Positions 36,068-45,697 of a stretch of 64,000 nt of DNA are shown here, piece by piece. The stretch covers positions 2,950,302 to 3,014,301 of the forward strand of contig CP070775.1 in NCBI GenBank assembly GCA_020346185.1, given 5' to 3'. Numbering within the stretch: position 1 is the stretch's first letter; the number at the start of each line of letters is the position of its first letter. Source of the stretch: Betaproteobacteria bacterium (GTDB taxonomy: Bacteria > Pseudomonadota > Gammaproteobacteria > Burkholderiales > Eutrophovitaceae). The position numbers and the translations under genes were made by a program. Below the pieces are notes generated by a model that had not been told where the DNA came from, made no database searches, and worked only from the letters and a program-made list of their open reading frames with translations.

Positions 36068-37117
36068 ATGTCCACTCAAGACATCGCACCCATGACGAGC
36101 CGCGAACGAGTGCTTGCAGCCCTGAGACGCGAACCGGTTGACCGTACGCCGGTATGCAATCCGACTTCGGTGGCGACAGTTGAACTGATGGATCTGGTGG
36201 ACGCGCCGTTCCCGGACGCGAATCGCAAAGCGGAGTTGATGGCGCGACTGGCGGCAACGAGTTACACCGAACTCGGTTTCGACACCGTCATGCCCGTGTT
36301 CACCATCATCCAGGAATCGTCGGCGCTGGGCTGCAAGATTCAGTGGGAAAAGAAAGACAACTGGCCGACGGTGAGAATGACCGAGCCGATCTGGTCAGAG
36401 CCGGAGGACATCAAGATTCCTGCAGATTTCATGGACCATCCTGATACGCGCTGCGTCATCGATGCGATCAAGATTCTGCGCAAGGAATTGGGTGACGACG
36501 TTGCCATCATCGGCAAGACGATGGGGCCATGGTCGCAGGGCTATCACTGTTTCGGTGTCGAACGCTTCCTGCTCATGTCACGGGACGATCCGGACAAGAC
36601 AAAGCGCTGCCTCGACAGACTGAAAGACCTTACCGTCGCGTACGGTATCGCCCAGTTTGAAGCCGGTGCTGATGCCGTGACGCTTCCGGACCACGCAACA
36701 GGCGACCTGGTCAGCGGCCAGTACTACGATCGCTACTTGCTGGATTTGCACACCGAGTTTGTCGAGCGCATCCCCGGGCCAATCATTTTGCACATTTGCG
36801 GGCGGACGGTGGATCGAATGGACTCTATCGCACGCACGGGGATGTCGGCTTTCCACTACGACTCGAAGAATGGAGCACAGGAGTCAATGGACGTAGTCAA
36901 GGATCGCATTGCTCTGGTCGGCAATATCAATAACCCGCAAACCTTGTTCGCACGCGGGCCAGAGGAAGTTCGGAAAGAGGTCTACGAGAACCTGGACGCC
37001 GGTATTCACATGGTTGGTCCCGAGTGCGCTATTCCCCTGCAGACTTCGATCGAGAACCTGAAAGAGATTCCGCTGGCGGTGAAGGATTGGCACAAACAGC
37101 ACGCGGCTAAGCACTAA
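36068..37117 (+). CDS. Uroporphyrinogen-decarboxylase-fold methyltransferase (MtaA/MtbA/CmuA-N-like, corrinoid-dependent)
   Basis: 349 aa, AAGGAGG SD. MTSRERVLAALRREPVDRTPVCNPTS...SSALGCKIQW...ILHICG are typical of MtaA-like URO-D family methyltransferases. Confidence 0.8.
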   Translation: MSTQDIAPMTSRERVLAALRREPVDRTPVCNPTSVATVELMDLVDAPFPDANRKAELMARLAATSYTELGFDTVMPVFTIIQESSALGCKIQWEKKDNWPTVRMTEPIWSEPEDIKIPADFMDHPDTRCVIDAIKILRKELGDDVAIIGKTMGPWSQGYHCFGVERFLLMSRDDPDKTKRCLDRLKDLTVAYGIAQFEAGADAVTLPDHATGDLVSGQYYDRYLLDLHTEFVERIPGPIILHICGRTVDRMDSIARTGMSAFHYDSKNGAQESMDVVKDRIALVGNINNPQTLFARGPEEVRKEVYENLDAGIHMVGPECAIPLQTSIENLKEIPLAVKDWHKQHAAKH

Positions 37118-37147
37118 ACGAGAAGACACGCAACGAGAGGACTGGCC

Positions 37148-37909
37148 ATGGCGCAACTTGCCGACGTCACCAACGAATTCATTCGCGAGGAGATTGAAGA
37201 ATACATCCAGCGTCCCGATGAGATCGAGCGCATCGTGGAATTGTTCGCCCGAGTCAGCCCAAAGATGCAAGACATCGCAGCCGCAATCATCGAAGGTGAG
37301 GACGATGTCGCCGACGAGCTGACCCAACAAGCACTCGCCGACGGTGTCGACGCACTGGAAATCATGGACGATGGCCTGATTGCCGGCATGAGCATCGTCG
37401 GTATCAAGTTTCGCGAAGCATACATATTCGTGCCGGAAGTGCTCGCTTGCGCCCGGGCGATGAAGGCGGGCATGGCGTATATCGAGCCGATACTCTCGGC
37501 TGCCGGCGTCGAATCACAAGGGACCGTGATCATGGGTACCGTCAAAGGCGATCTGCACGACATCGGCAAGAATCTTTGCATAATGATGCTGCGCGGCGCC
37601 GGCTTTACAGTGCATGACCTCGGTGTCGATGTTGGTGAAGATACCTTTATCGACGCTGTGGAGGAACACGGAGCACCCATTCTCGGAATGTCAGCCCTGC
37701 TCACCACGACCATGCCCAACATGGGCAAGACCATCGAAGCATTCATCGATGCGGATCTGCGCGAAGACGTGAAGATCATGGTCGGCGGTGCACCGGTTAC
37801 CCAGGAATTTGCCGATGACATGGGTGCCGATGGTTATGGCAAGGACGCGCTTTCCTGCGTCGCGCTGGCCAAGTCGCTGATGCAAGAGGTCAAGGCCGAA
37901 AGCGCCTGA
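37148..37909 (+). CDS. Cobalamin-binding corrinoid protein (B12-binding_2 helical cap + B12-binding Rossmann domain)
   Basis: 253 aa. D-x-H-x-x-G motif GDLHDIGKNL (nt 37550-37567), ILGMSALLTTTMP, VKIMVGGAPV. Confidence 0.9.
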   Translation: MAQLADVTNEFIREEIEEYIQRPDEIERIVELFARVSPKMQDIAAAIIEGEDDVADELTQQALADGVDALEIMDDGLIAGMSIVGIKFREAYIFVPEVLACARAMKAGMAYIEPILSAAGVESQGTVIMGTVKGDLHDIGKNLCIMMLRGAGFTVHDLGVDVGEDTFIDAVEEHGAPILGMSALLTTTMPNMGKTIEAFIDADLREDVKIMVGGAPVTQEFADDMGADGYGKDALSCVALAKSLMQEVKAESA

Positions 37910-37938
37910 GCTTAAGTGACTTTGAGTTTCAGTGTCGT

Positions 37939-39855
37939 GTGAGTTCCAGCATCATGTCCAAATCCCGTCAGGCAGAGTTTCAAAAACGGCTCGACCGGCT
38001 GACCGAGATCTTTACCGATATCGTTATCCAGGCGGACATACAGTCACAGACTCGCTGCCCCTACAAGAATGCACAGGACGAGTGCACTGCGCAGTTCGGT
38101 TGTCAGAACAAACGCAAGAAAATTATCGATGGCGAGAAAGCATTTATCTGTGTTGGTGACGGCAAGCTGGACTATCGAACCGCCTGGGAAACCGAGCCTG
38201 AAGCCAGACGGGCAGTCAAGGACGCGCTGACATCAAAGCGTAGAGCGAGCAGGCGCGACCGCGAAGTCCGGAGAACGCTTTTTGATTTCGCAGACGAACT
38301 GTCCCGACAGGTCCCGACCTCGTGCGGTCGCAGCGGTATCTGTCACGAGTGTGTTGTCGAAGTGCGTCATGGCATCAAGGCATTGGCGCCGCGAACCGAA
38401 GCAGAGTCCTTTCTGCAGGGCGAATACCGGCTGGCCTGTCAGGCTGTCATTGTGGACCCAGAGGCCGACATCGATTTTGCTCCGCTGCGCCGCGTGCCCA
38501 GGATTCTCAAAGAAGGGCGCAGGAGAGACATTGACCTCGACCCAATGGTGTCCCGCAGTGGGGACAAGGTCTGTTACGACGGCAAGCTGATCGATGATTA
38601 TCGCGGCCATATGTACGGTCTCGCTGTTGATCTGGGTACCACAACCGTCGTCATGGAACTGATCGATCTTGAAACGGGAGAAACGATCCAGATCAGCGCT
38701 TTTGAGAACCCGCAACGCTTTGGCGGAAGCGATGTCATGAATCGTATCTCCTACGACGGGCGAAACAAGAGCGAATTGTGGAGAGCGATCGCCAACACGA
38801 TCAACTACGAGATCCAACGCCTGGGTGACCAGTTCGGCTTCTCGCACCGGGAAATATACGAAATTGTCGTGGTCGGCAATTCGACGATGCGAGACATTTT
38901 CTTTCGCCTCGATGTTACGAGTATCGGCCAGAAACCTTATATATCGCTGACTGAATATGAACTACGTCAAGGGAAGCGTGATACGACGGCACTTGTCGGA
39001 ACCAGCCGGCGACTGGGACTCAAGGTTAACCGCAGTGCCAGGGTATACAGCCCGCCGTTGATTGCGAGTCACGTCGGTTCTGACGTCACGGCGGGTCTTG
39101 GTGCGGTGGATTTCGACAAGGACGAGCGCACTGTCATGCTTGTCGACGTCGGTACCAACACGGAAGTGGTCATCCGACATGGGGGGCGCATGTTGACAGC
39201 GTCGTGTCCCGCCGGGCCCGCATTCGAAGGCGGTCTGGTGCGCTACGGCATGCCCGGCTATGAAGGGGCAATCGACAGCATCCGTTTCACCGGCGATGCG
39301 TTTGATTACACGACAATCGGCAGTGTCGAGCCGGAAGGACTGTGCGGCTCCGGGCTGATCGACTTACTGGCTGAATTGCGACGTCACAACCAGATGTCGG
39401 CGAAGGGCGTGTTCGCCAACAAGAGACAGCGCGAAATGACATTGGTGCCGGAACGCAGCATCACATTTTCGCGCGAGGATGCCAGCAATCTTGCTCAGGC
39501 CAAGGCGGCCAACTACTGTGGCCAGTTCATCCTTATGCGTCATCTCGGTCTGGCACCTTCTGACATCGACAAGTTGTACCTCGCCGGTGCCTTCGCCAAC
39601 TACGTCGACGTGCGCAACGCGATGGACATCGGGTTCTTGCCGAACGTACCCGAAGAGCGGATTGAAAAGATTGGCAACGCGGCAATACAGGGCGCAAGGG
39701 AAATATTGCTCTCACGGGAACAGCGTCGCCGTGCCGAAAACTTCGTCCGGACGATCGAGCACATCGAACTCGAGACGACGCCAGATTTTTTCGAGATATT
39801 TGTCGAGGGCTGCCAGCTCAAACCAATGCCGGAACGCCTCGAACATTGGACTTGA
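37939..39855 (+). CDS. Reductive activator of corrinoid enzymes (RACE / RamA-like ASKHA ATPase with N-terminal 2Fe-2S ferredoxin-like domain)
   Basis: 638 aa. CGRSGICHECVV ferredoxin-type motif, GLAVDLGTTTVVMELIDL and VMLVDVGTNTEVV ASKHA phosphate motifs. The start could instead be ATG 37954. Confidence 0.82.
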   Translation: MSSSIMSKSRQAEFQKRLDRLTEIFTDIVIQADIQSQTRCPYKNAQDECTAQFGCQNKRKKIIDGEKAFICVGDGKLDYRTAWETEPEARRAVKDALTSKRRASRRDREVRRTLFDFADELSRQVPTSCGRSGICHECVVEVRHGIKALAPRTEAESFLQGEYRLACQAVIVDPEADIDFAPLRRVPRILKEGRRRDIDLDPMVSRSGDKVCYDGKLIDDYRGHMYGLAVDLGTTTVVMELIDLETGETIQISAFENPQRFGGSDVMNRISYDGRNKSELWRAIANTINYEIQRLGDQFGFSHREIYEIVVVGNSTMRDIFFRLDVTSIGQKPYISLTEYELRQGKRDTTALVGTSRRLGLKVNRSARVYSPPLIASHVGSDVTAGLGAVDFDKDERTVMLVDVGTNTEVVIRHGGRMLTASCPAGPAFEGGLVRYGMPGYEGAIDSIRFTGDAFDYTTIGSVEPEGLCGSGLIDLLAELRRHNQMSAKGVFANKRQREMTLVPERSITFSREDASNLAQAKAANYCGQFILMRHLGLAPSDIDKLYLAGAFANYVDVRNAMDIGFLPNVPEERIEKIGNAAIQGAREILLSREQRRRAENFVRTIEHIELETTPDFFEIFVEGCQLKPMPERLEHWT

Positions 39856-39861
39856 CCAGGA

Positions 39862-40914
39862 TTGAGCGAAATGAAGCTTGAAGGCCGTGACAGCACATTC
39901 ATTGTCATAGGAGAGAACATTCACACCACCCGCGTATACCTGCGGCGCGGAAAGCATATCGTCACGACGCCGGCCGGAGCGGAGGCGGTGCGATTTATCG
40001 ACCACAATGGTGACCAGCAGTTTCTGCTGATCCCGGACCATATCAAGAAGACCCAGGACTACGAGGAAGGCCGGATCAAACACATGAAGATCGCCGTGCA
40101 GGCGGCGATGAGCGGCAGTGGGGATCAGGCAAAGCTCGGCGAGGAATACCTGGAGCTGCAGATCAAGCGTCAGATCGACAGTGGCGCGGATTTCCTGGAT
40201 ATCAATGTCGACGAGATATCGGTGCGTGAAGCCGAGCAGCAGGATGCAATGCGGTGGCTCGTTCAATTCGTACAGGCGCGCAGTTCAGTACCGCTGTGTG
40301 TCGACTCATCCAATTCGAACACAATTGAGATCGGGCTTGAAGCCGGCGACAACCGGGCGGGACGGCAGATGCTCAACTCGGCGTCGCTGGAACGAATGAG
40401 CGCACTCGACCTTGTCGGCGAGCACGATGCCTGTGTCATTGTGACGGCCGCCGGAGAATCCGGCATGCCGCAAAACGCCGAGGAGCGGGTCACTAATGCA
40501 TCGCGAATGGTCGATGCATCGATTGAAAGAGGCATTGCACTGGGTGATATCTACATTGATCCGTTGATGTTTCCGATTTCAGTGGATCAGCAGTTCGGCA
40601 ACCATGTTTTCGATGCGATTCGACAACTGCGTCAGAAATACGGACCGGAGATTCACATTACCGGAGGTTTCAGCAATGTGTCGTTTGGCTTGCCTTGCCG
40701 CAAACTGATCAACGACGCGTTTGCCGTGCTTGCCATCGAAGCTGGAGCCGACAGCGGCATCGTCGATCCGGTTGCCAACGACCTGCGGCGTGTCTTCATG
40801 ATTGACCAGGCCTCGCTGCCGTTCGAACACGCCAAGGCGATGCTGCTCGGCGGTGACCCGGACTGCCGGGCTTACCTGAAGGCGTATCGCAAAAAGCTAT
40901 TCGCAGTTTATTGA
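39862..40914 (+). CDS. Pterin-binding (DHPS-like) methyltetrahydrofolate:corrinoid methyltransferase (MeTr/AcsE/CmuB/MtvA-like)
   Basis: 350 aa. FIVIGENIHTT, GADFLDINVDE, LCVDSSN, MLNSASLE, YIDPLMFPIS, GGFSNVSFGLP are the pterin-binding TIM-barrel signatures. The start could instead be ATG 39871. Confidence 0.82.
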   Translation: MSEMKLEGRDSTFIVIGENIHTTRVYLRRGKHIVTTPAGAEAVRFIDHNGDQQFLLIPDHIKKTQDYEEGRIKHMKIAVQAAMSGSGDQAKLGEEYLELQIKRQIDSGADFLDINVDEISVREAEQQDAMRWLVQFVQARSSVPLCVDSSNSNTIEIGLEAGDNRAGRQMLNSASLERMSALDLVGEHDACVIVTAAGESGMPQNAEERVTNASRMVDASIERGIALGDIYIDPLMFPISVDQQFGNHVFDAIRQLRQKYGPEIHITGGFSNVSFGLPCRKLINDAFAVLAIEAGADSGIVDPVANDLRRVFMIDQASLPFEHAKAMLLGGDPDCRAYLKAYRKKLFAVY

Positions 40915-40961
40915 GGTCCAACGTTTGATAGATCGTATCGAATTATTATCGGGAGAAAGAC

Positions 40962-41984
40962 GTGTCTTTGAGTAGCACCGATACACTGCAAAGCCGTTGT
41001 GCCGACCTGGTGCACAAACTGGGCTTGGCTCTGCCCGAGGACATCTCATCAGTTCAGCCGCTCGCCGGCGGTGTCGCATCCGATATTGCCGCTGTTGACT
41101 TTAGCGGCCGCAAAGTCTGCGTCAAGTTCGCCTTGTCAAAGTTGCGCGTTGCCGACGACTGGCATGCGTCGATTGACCGTAACAGTGCAGAGTACGCATG
41201 GCTGGAATTCGCCGGACGAGCCGTTCCGGGTTCGGTCCCCGCACTTTTCGGCCGCGACGCTGATCTCAACGGATTCGCAATGGAGTTCGTGAAAGGCGAA
41301 GACATTTACAACTGGAAGACTGAACTGATGCAACGGCGGCCACGCCCGGACGAAGCGGCGAAAGCAGGCGAGGTGCTGGGCAAGATCCACGCGGCATCGA
41401 CGGCATCGGATTTCGATGCAGTCAAGTTTCAGAATCAAGACAGCTTTTACGAACTGCGCCTCGAACCCTATTTCGGTTTTACCGCGCAGAAGCACCCGGA
41501 ATTGCGGTCCATTCTGGAACAATTAATCACCCGTTTGCAGGAAATATCAACGGTATTGATACACGGGGACGTGAGTCCCAAGAACATCCTGTTCAGAGAT
41601 GGTCAGCCGGTTTTTCTGGATGCCGAGTGCGCAACCATGGGCGATCCGGCTTTCGACGTTGCCTTTTGCATGAATCACCTCATGCTGAATTGGTTTCACT
41701 TTCGCGACACGACCGACGATTTCCTGTTGGGTGTGACTGAATTCTGGGATGGGTACTGGCCGCATGTTTGTTGGGAAGATGCATCGGCGCTAGAGAAAAG
41801 AATCTGTGAATTGTTGCCAGCACTGTTGCTTGCGAGAGTCGACGGCAAGTCGCCAGTCGAATACCTGGACGAATACAATCAGAAGAGGGTGCGGCATTTT
41901 GCGATTGCAGTATTGACCGACCCGCCGGCCAGCCTAGCGGAATTTAAGAGCCGGGGCGATGCGGTTCTGGAGGTTAGACCGTGA
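40962..41984 (+). CDS. MtnK/APH-like phosphotransferase (intact paralog)
   Basis: 340 aa, GTG start after GGGAGA. LIHGDVSPKNILFRDGQPVFLDAECATMGDPAFDVAFCMNHL (catalytic loop and DxE/D metal-loop analogue). The stop overlaps the enolase start (GTGA). Confidence 0.8.
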   Translation: MSLSSTDTLQSRCADLVHKLGLALPEDISSVQPLAGGVASDIAAVDFSGRKVCVKFALSKLRVADDWHASIDRNSAEYAWLEFAGRAVPGSVPALFGRDADLNGFAMEFVKGEDIYNWKTELMQRRPRPDEAAKAGEVLGKIHAASTASDFDAVKFQNQDSFYELRLEPYFGFTAQKHPELRSILEQLITRLQEISTVLIHGDVSPKNILFRDGQPVFLDAECATMGDPAFDVAFCMNHLMLNWFHFRDTTDDFLLGVTEFWDGYWPHVCWEDASALEKRICELLPALLLARVDGKSPVEYLDEYNQKRVRHFAIAVLTDPPASLAEFKSRGDAVLEVRP

Positions 41985-43273
41985 GTGCGATCGCAAATGT
42001 GCGAGGCCGGCGCGTGTGGGATTCACGCGGCCGGCCGACGGTGGAGGCCGAGGTCATGCTGCAGGGCGGGACACGTGGCCGCGCGATTGCGCCGGCCGGT
42101 GCGTCGACCGGCAAGGAAGAGGCGGTCGATCTGCGCGACGGTGGCGAGGCGTTTGGCGGTTACGACGTTCGAAAAGCGATCGCTGCGGTCAACGGCGAGA
42201 TTGCCAAGCTCCTCGAGGGCCAGGATGCGACCGACCAAGCCGGAATCGATGCCGCGCTGATCGAGCTCGACGGCACGCCGAACAAGGAACGCCTCGGCGG
42301 TAACGCGCTCGTCGCGACTTCGATGGCAATTGCCCACGCCGCGGCTGCTGCGCACGATATGCCGCTGTGGCGTTATCTTGGCGAAGGCCGAAATGAATTC
42401 CACCTGCCTTTGCCGGAGATACAAATCTTCGGCGGTGGTGCGCATGCCGGACGCCGCGTCGACGTGCAGGACTTCATGATCATTGCAGTGGGTGCGGCCG
42501 ACTACGCACAGGCGCTCGAATGGACCGCTGAAGTCTACCGAGCGGCCGGTGCACTGATGAAAGAAGCCGGACTGTTGCAAGGCGTGGCAGACGAGGGTGG
42601 TTTCTGGCCCGCGTTCGACAACAACGAAAAAGCGCTCGACTTTCTGATGCGCTCAATCGAACGTGCCGGCTACACGCCGGGACAAGACGTGGCAATTTCG
42701 CTCGATATTGCAGCGTCCGACTTCGGCAAGCACGGCCGTTACACGCTCGCACTCGACGGGCAGGAAGTGGATTCCGACGGCCTGAGCGAAATGCTGCTTG
42801 GCTGGTTGGCTCGCTATCCGATCGTTGCGATCGAGGATCCGCTCGGTGAAGACGACCCGGAAGGAATGAGCAGATTCACTAGAGCGGCGGGGCCGGGCGT
42901 CGAAGTTGTGGCAGACGATTTCATTTGCACTGGTGCGGCGCGCGTTGAACGTGCGGCCGGACTGGGTGCATGCAACACGGCATTGATCAAACCCAATCAG
43001 GCCGGTACGCTGACTGAAACACGCGCAGCACTGGATGCGGCGCGCGCGGCGGGTTGGGAGAGCATCGTGTCGGCGCGCTCGGGGGAAAGCGAGGACGTGA
43101 CCATCGTGCACATGGCCGTAGGTTGGGGCGCGAAGCAACTCAAAGTGGGTTCGTTCTCGCGCTCGGAGCGGATGGCCAAATGGAACGAGGGCCTGCGCAT
43201 TGCAGAGGCACTGGACCAGGGCGGTGGGCGGCTCGCACCGCGCACTGAATTCCCTTGGGGAAGCGGTGGCTGA
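41981..43273 (+). CDS. Enolase-family protein, divergent paralog
   Basis: 430 aa. WDSRGRPTVEAEV, APAGASTG, ADEGGFWP, SLDIAASDF, AIEDPLGEDD, VVADDF, LIKPNQAGT, KVGSFSRSERMAKWN. However, QDFMI replaces canonical QEFMI, and SARSGESED replaces canonical SHRSGETED. Confidence 0.88.
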   Translation: MSAIANVRGRRVWDSRGRPTVEAEVMLQGGTRGRAIAPAGASTGKEEAVDLRDGGEAFGGYDVRKAIAAVNGEIAKLLEGQDATDQAGIDAALIELDGTPNKERLGGNALVATSMAIAHAAAAAHDMPLWRYLGEGRNEFHLPLPEIQIFGGGAHAGRRVDVQDFMIIAVGAADYAQALEWTAEVYRAAGALMKEAGLLQGVADEGGFWPAFDNNEKALDFLMRSIERAGYTPGQDVAISLDIAASDFGKHGRYTLALDGQEVDSDGLSEMLLGWLARYPIVAIEDPLGEDDPEGMSRFTRAAGPGVEVVADDFICTGAARVERAAGLGACNTALIKPNQAGTLTETRAALDAARAAGWESIVSARSGESEDVTIVHMAVGWGAKQLKVGSFSRSERMAKWNEGLRIAEALDQGGGRLAPRTEFPWGSGG

Positions 43274-43277
43274 ACGT

Positions 43278-43812
43278 CTACTTGCTCGTCAGCAGGTCGA
43301 CCAGGCCGGCGATCTGATTGCGCTGCCGCTTGGTCGATTTTCCCCGGAACTCTGCTGTTTCCATGCTGAGATAGCGGACCAAGACCGTGCTGCGCATTTC
43401 CAGACTCTCGCCTTTGAACCCAAGCTCCGATAGCGCTTCCGCGACGAAGTCCAGTCGCAGGCGATTGACCTGCTTGACTGTCTTGGCCACGCCCGCATCC
43501 TGCAATGCCCACTGACGGATCGGTATGTCGTATCGCGCCAGCTCATAGTCGAGGACCATGTCGGCAGTTCTTATGAGCCGCTCTTTAGGTGGCAGCGAGA
43601 GGATCCACGGATTTGCGGTCACGATTTCAGTGAGTTCGTGGGTCCAGTAATCGAGTAGCTGGCGCAACAGGTCATCACGGTTCTTGAAGTGCCAGTAGAA
43701 ACCGGCTTTCGCGATGCCCAGCGACTTGGCCAGGCCCTCTACACTGAGTGCAGCGACCCTGCCCTTAACGAGGGCCTCGAGACCCGCCTCGCCGTGCCGT
43801 TTGCTTGTTCAT
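43278..43812 (-). CDS. TetR/AcrR-family regulator; 5' end appears frameshifted relative to the only upstream ATG
   Basis: HTH GLEALVKGRVAALSVEGLAKSLGIAKAGFYWHFKNRDDLLRQLLDYW is in frame with track ORF 43278-43667. That frame is closed by a TGA just upstream, and the plausible ATG (43810-43812, MNKQT...) is in another frame (535 nt span). Confidence 0.7.
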
Positions 43813-43925
43813 CGGCAAAAGCCTCTCACATCAATCACGTTACTGGCCTGTTTGTGCCAATTACTACACTCGGGCGTATACTCATTAGCCTTGCCACGGG
43901 TGACGCGGCAAGGCTGCGGACGAAT

Positions 43926-44549
43926 TCATTGCGCTTTACCCAGCGGCACTTCCCACGCTTGCCGCGCTGTCGCCTTTGCATCGTCCTCGATCAAGTCGCC
44001 ATGCGACAGGACAATCTGATCGAAGTCCCATTCGAGAATACGTCCTAGCGATTGCCGCGCCGCGGCCTTGTCCTTCCACCCTAGTTGATATTCTGGTGCC
44101 GGCTTCGGGTGATTCCACATGTGAAACACCGCTTTCCACCATAGCTTCAGTAGCCAATTGGTGTTGGGCGTTTGATCCGTGATGTTCTCGATAAGGTCAA
44201 CTAACAATAGCGTTCGGCTTGGTTTGTGAAAGAACGCCACCTCCCAGATGTACTTGTTGCCCCTGACCAGTACCTGATCAAGCGTATCCGCCCATGCTTC
44301 CGGAGGCCGGTCGGCAAGGAACCAGTCGAAGTCGATTTCCGGGCGCTTTCTTTCGACGCCTGGACAGATGTAGGTGTTGGCTTCCGGGAAAGCCGCTTGT
44401 GCAGATGGAATATGAAAATAGTGATACGAACCGGGTGCAACGATGTAGGCCACTTCGCCAAGCGCCGATATGGTCTGCCTGATCGGCGCGTCGATTTCGC
44501 ATGGTGAATGAAGCAGGAGTCTCGAGTCGGGAAGGCGTACCACGCTCAT
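43926..44549 (-). CDS. DUF4336-like (metallo-beta-lactamase-fold) protein, possibly 5'-truncated
   Basis: 207 aa. ARMSVVRLPDSRLLLHSP...YIVAPGSYHYFH...LLVDLIEN. Homologs as I recall carry ~40 more N-terminal residues. Here the frame is closed by a TGA 17 codons upstream of the ATG. Confidence 0.6.
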   Translation of the reverse strand: MSVVRLPDSRLLLHSPCEIDAPIRQTISALGEVAYIVAPGSYHYFHIPSAQAAFPEANTYICPGVERKRPEIDFDWFLADRPPEAWADTLDQVLVRGNKYIWEVAFFHKPSRTLLLVDLIENITDQTPNTNWLLKLWWKAVFHMWNHPKPAPEYQLGWKDKAAARQSLGRILEWDFDQIVLSHGDLIEDDAKATARQAWEVPLGKAQ

Positions 44550-44796
44550 CCGCGCATTGAAATCGCAACCCGCGTAATGAATCGGGTATTCCTTCAGTCA
44601 TATCTGGCTGCGGACAAACTCTGTCAACGACATGCGTAAACTCTGGTCACGTCTAACTCATGCGGCGTTCCCGGTTCGGGTTTCGCGACACGGATTCCTG
44701 GCCGTTACCCAAATCCATCATGCGCTGTGATGCCGGCGCAATCCACTAGGCTTGATCCTGCAGTCTGCGCTGGAGATCACAGGTCTGTCCTGGGCC

Positions 44797-45697
44797 TCAC
44801 AGTAGCGCGGAGGATTTTCGCAGCTGTTTCGCACGGGCCAGTGTCTGCGATGGGGACTCACCGTACAGTCGCCGGTATACACGTGAGAATTCTCCCATGT
44901 GCCAAAAACCCCATTTCGCCGCCGCCTCGCGCACCCGGATTTAAGAGGGAGCATGGCCCAGCAGCGCTTCTCGCACTCCCTGAAAGCGAATCGCTTGTAG
45001 GTAAGTTTTCGGTGAAGCCCCGCAATGTTCCAGAAACGCTCGCTGCAGCGTCCGCTCCGACACGTGCGCGACCTTACATATCTCATCCAGACTCAACGCG
45101 CAGGTTGGCCGGCCATGTTATGTATGCGAATGCCCGGCGCACCGCTCGCAGCTTGGCCATTGCAGCAATGTCTTGCGGCTGTTGTGAACTGGTGCTGATC
45201 GCTGTTGTGAGCGCGGAGGTGACGTCGCTCAAGATGTGGGAGGCAAGCGATGCATCGCCTGGCCACGACGGGTCGGAATTTTCGAGTGCTCCGCAGGCAG
45301 CCGATACGACCACTCTCAGATATGCAATCGCCCACGGGTCCGGCTGCAACAGGTGCTTGCGCAGTTCTCCAGCGTGACCGATCTTTGTCTGCAATTGCTC
45401 CCATCCCGCGGTTCGGCTGAGCCATTCCGGGTCCACCGACAAGGTGTAAACACTGAATCGACCGCCGATCGAAGCGGCGAAATCCTCCATTGGTGCAAAC
45501 AGCGGTATCCGATCAGTCCCGAGTGGTTCGCCGCACCAGCGAACTGTCTGGTCCGCATCGGCCAGCAGCGCAAACGAGTATGCGTTTGCAGGAGAAGCAC
45601 CCACGTGCACGTGGCGGCATTCAGTCGCAAGGTGCGAAATCATGACTGGCCCGAGCCGGACCTGCATCAACTCCGTGGGTGCCGTATCGGCCGCCAT
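44797..45697 (-). pseudogene. AraC-family transcriptional regulator with a frameshift (~45090-45100) and an in-frame TAA (44941-44943)
   Basis: N-terminal ligand domain = track ORF 45083-45697. The HTH region is readable only in another frame: LSLDEICKVAHVSERTLQRAFLEHCGASPKTYLQAIRFQGVREALLGHAPS*IRVREAAAKWGFWHMGEFSRVYRRLYGESPSQTL. Confidence 0.8.
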
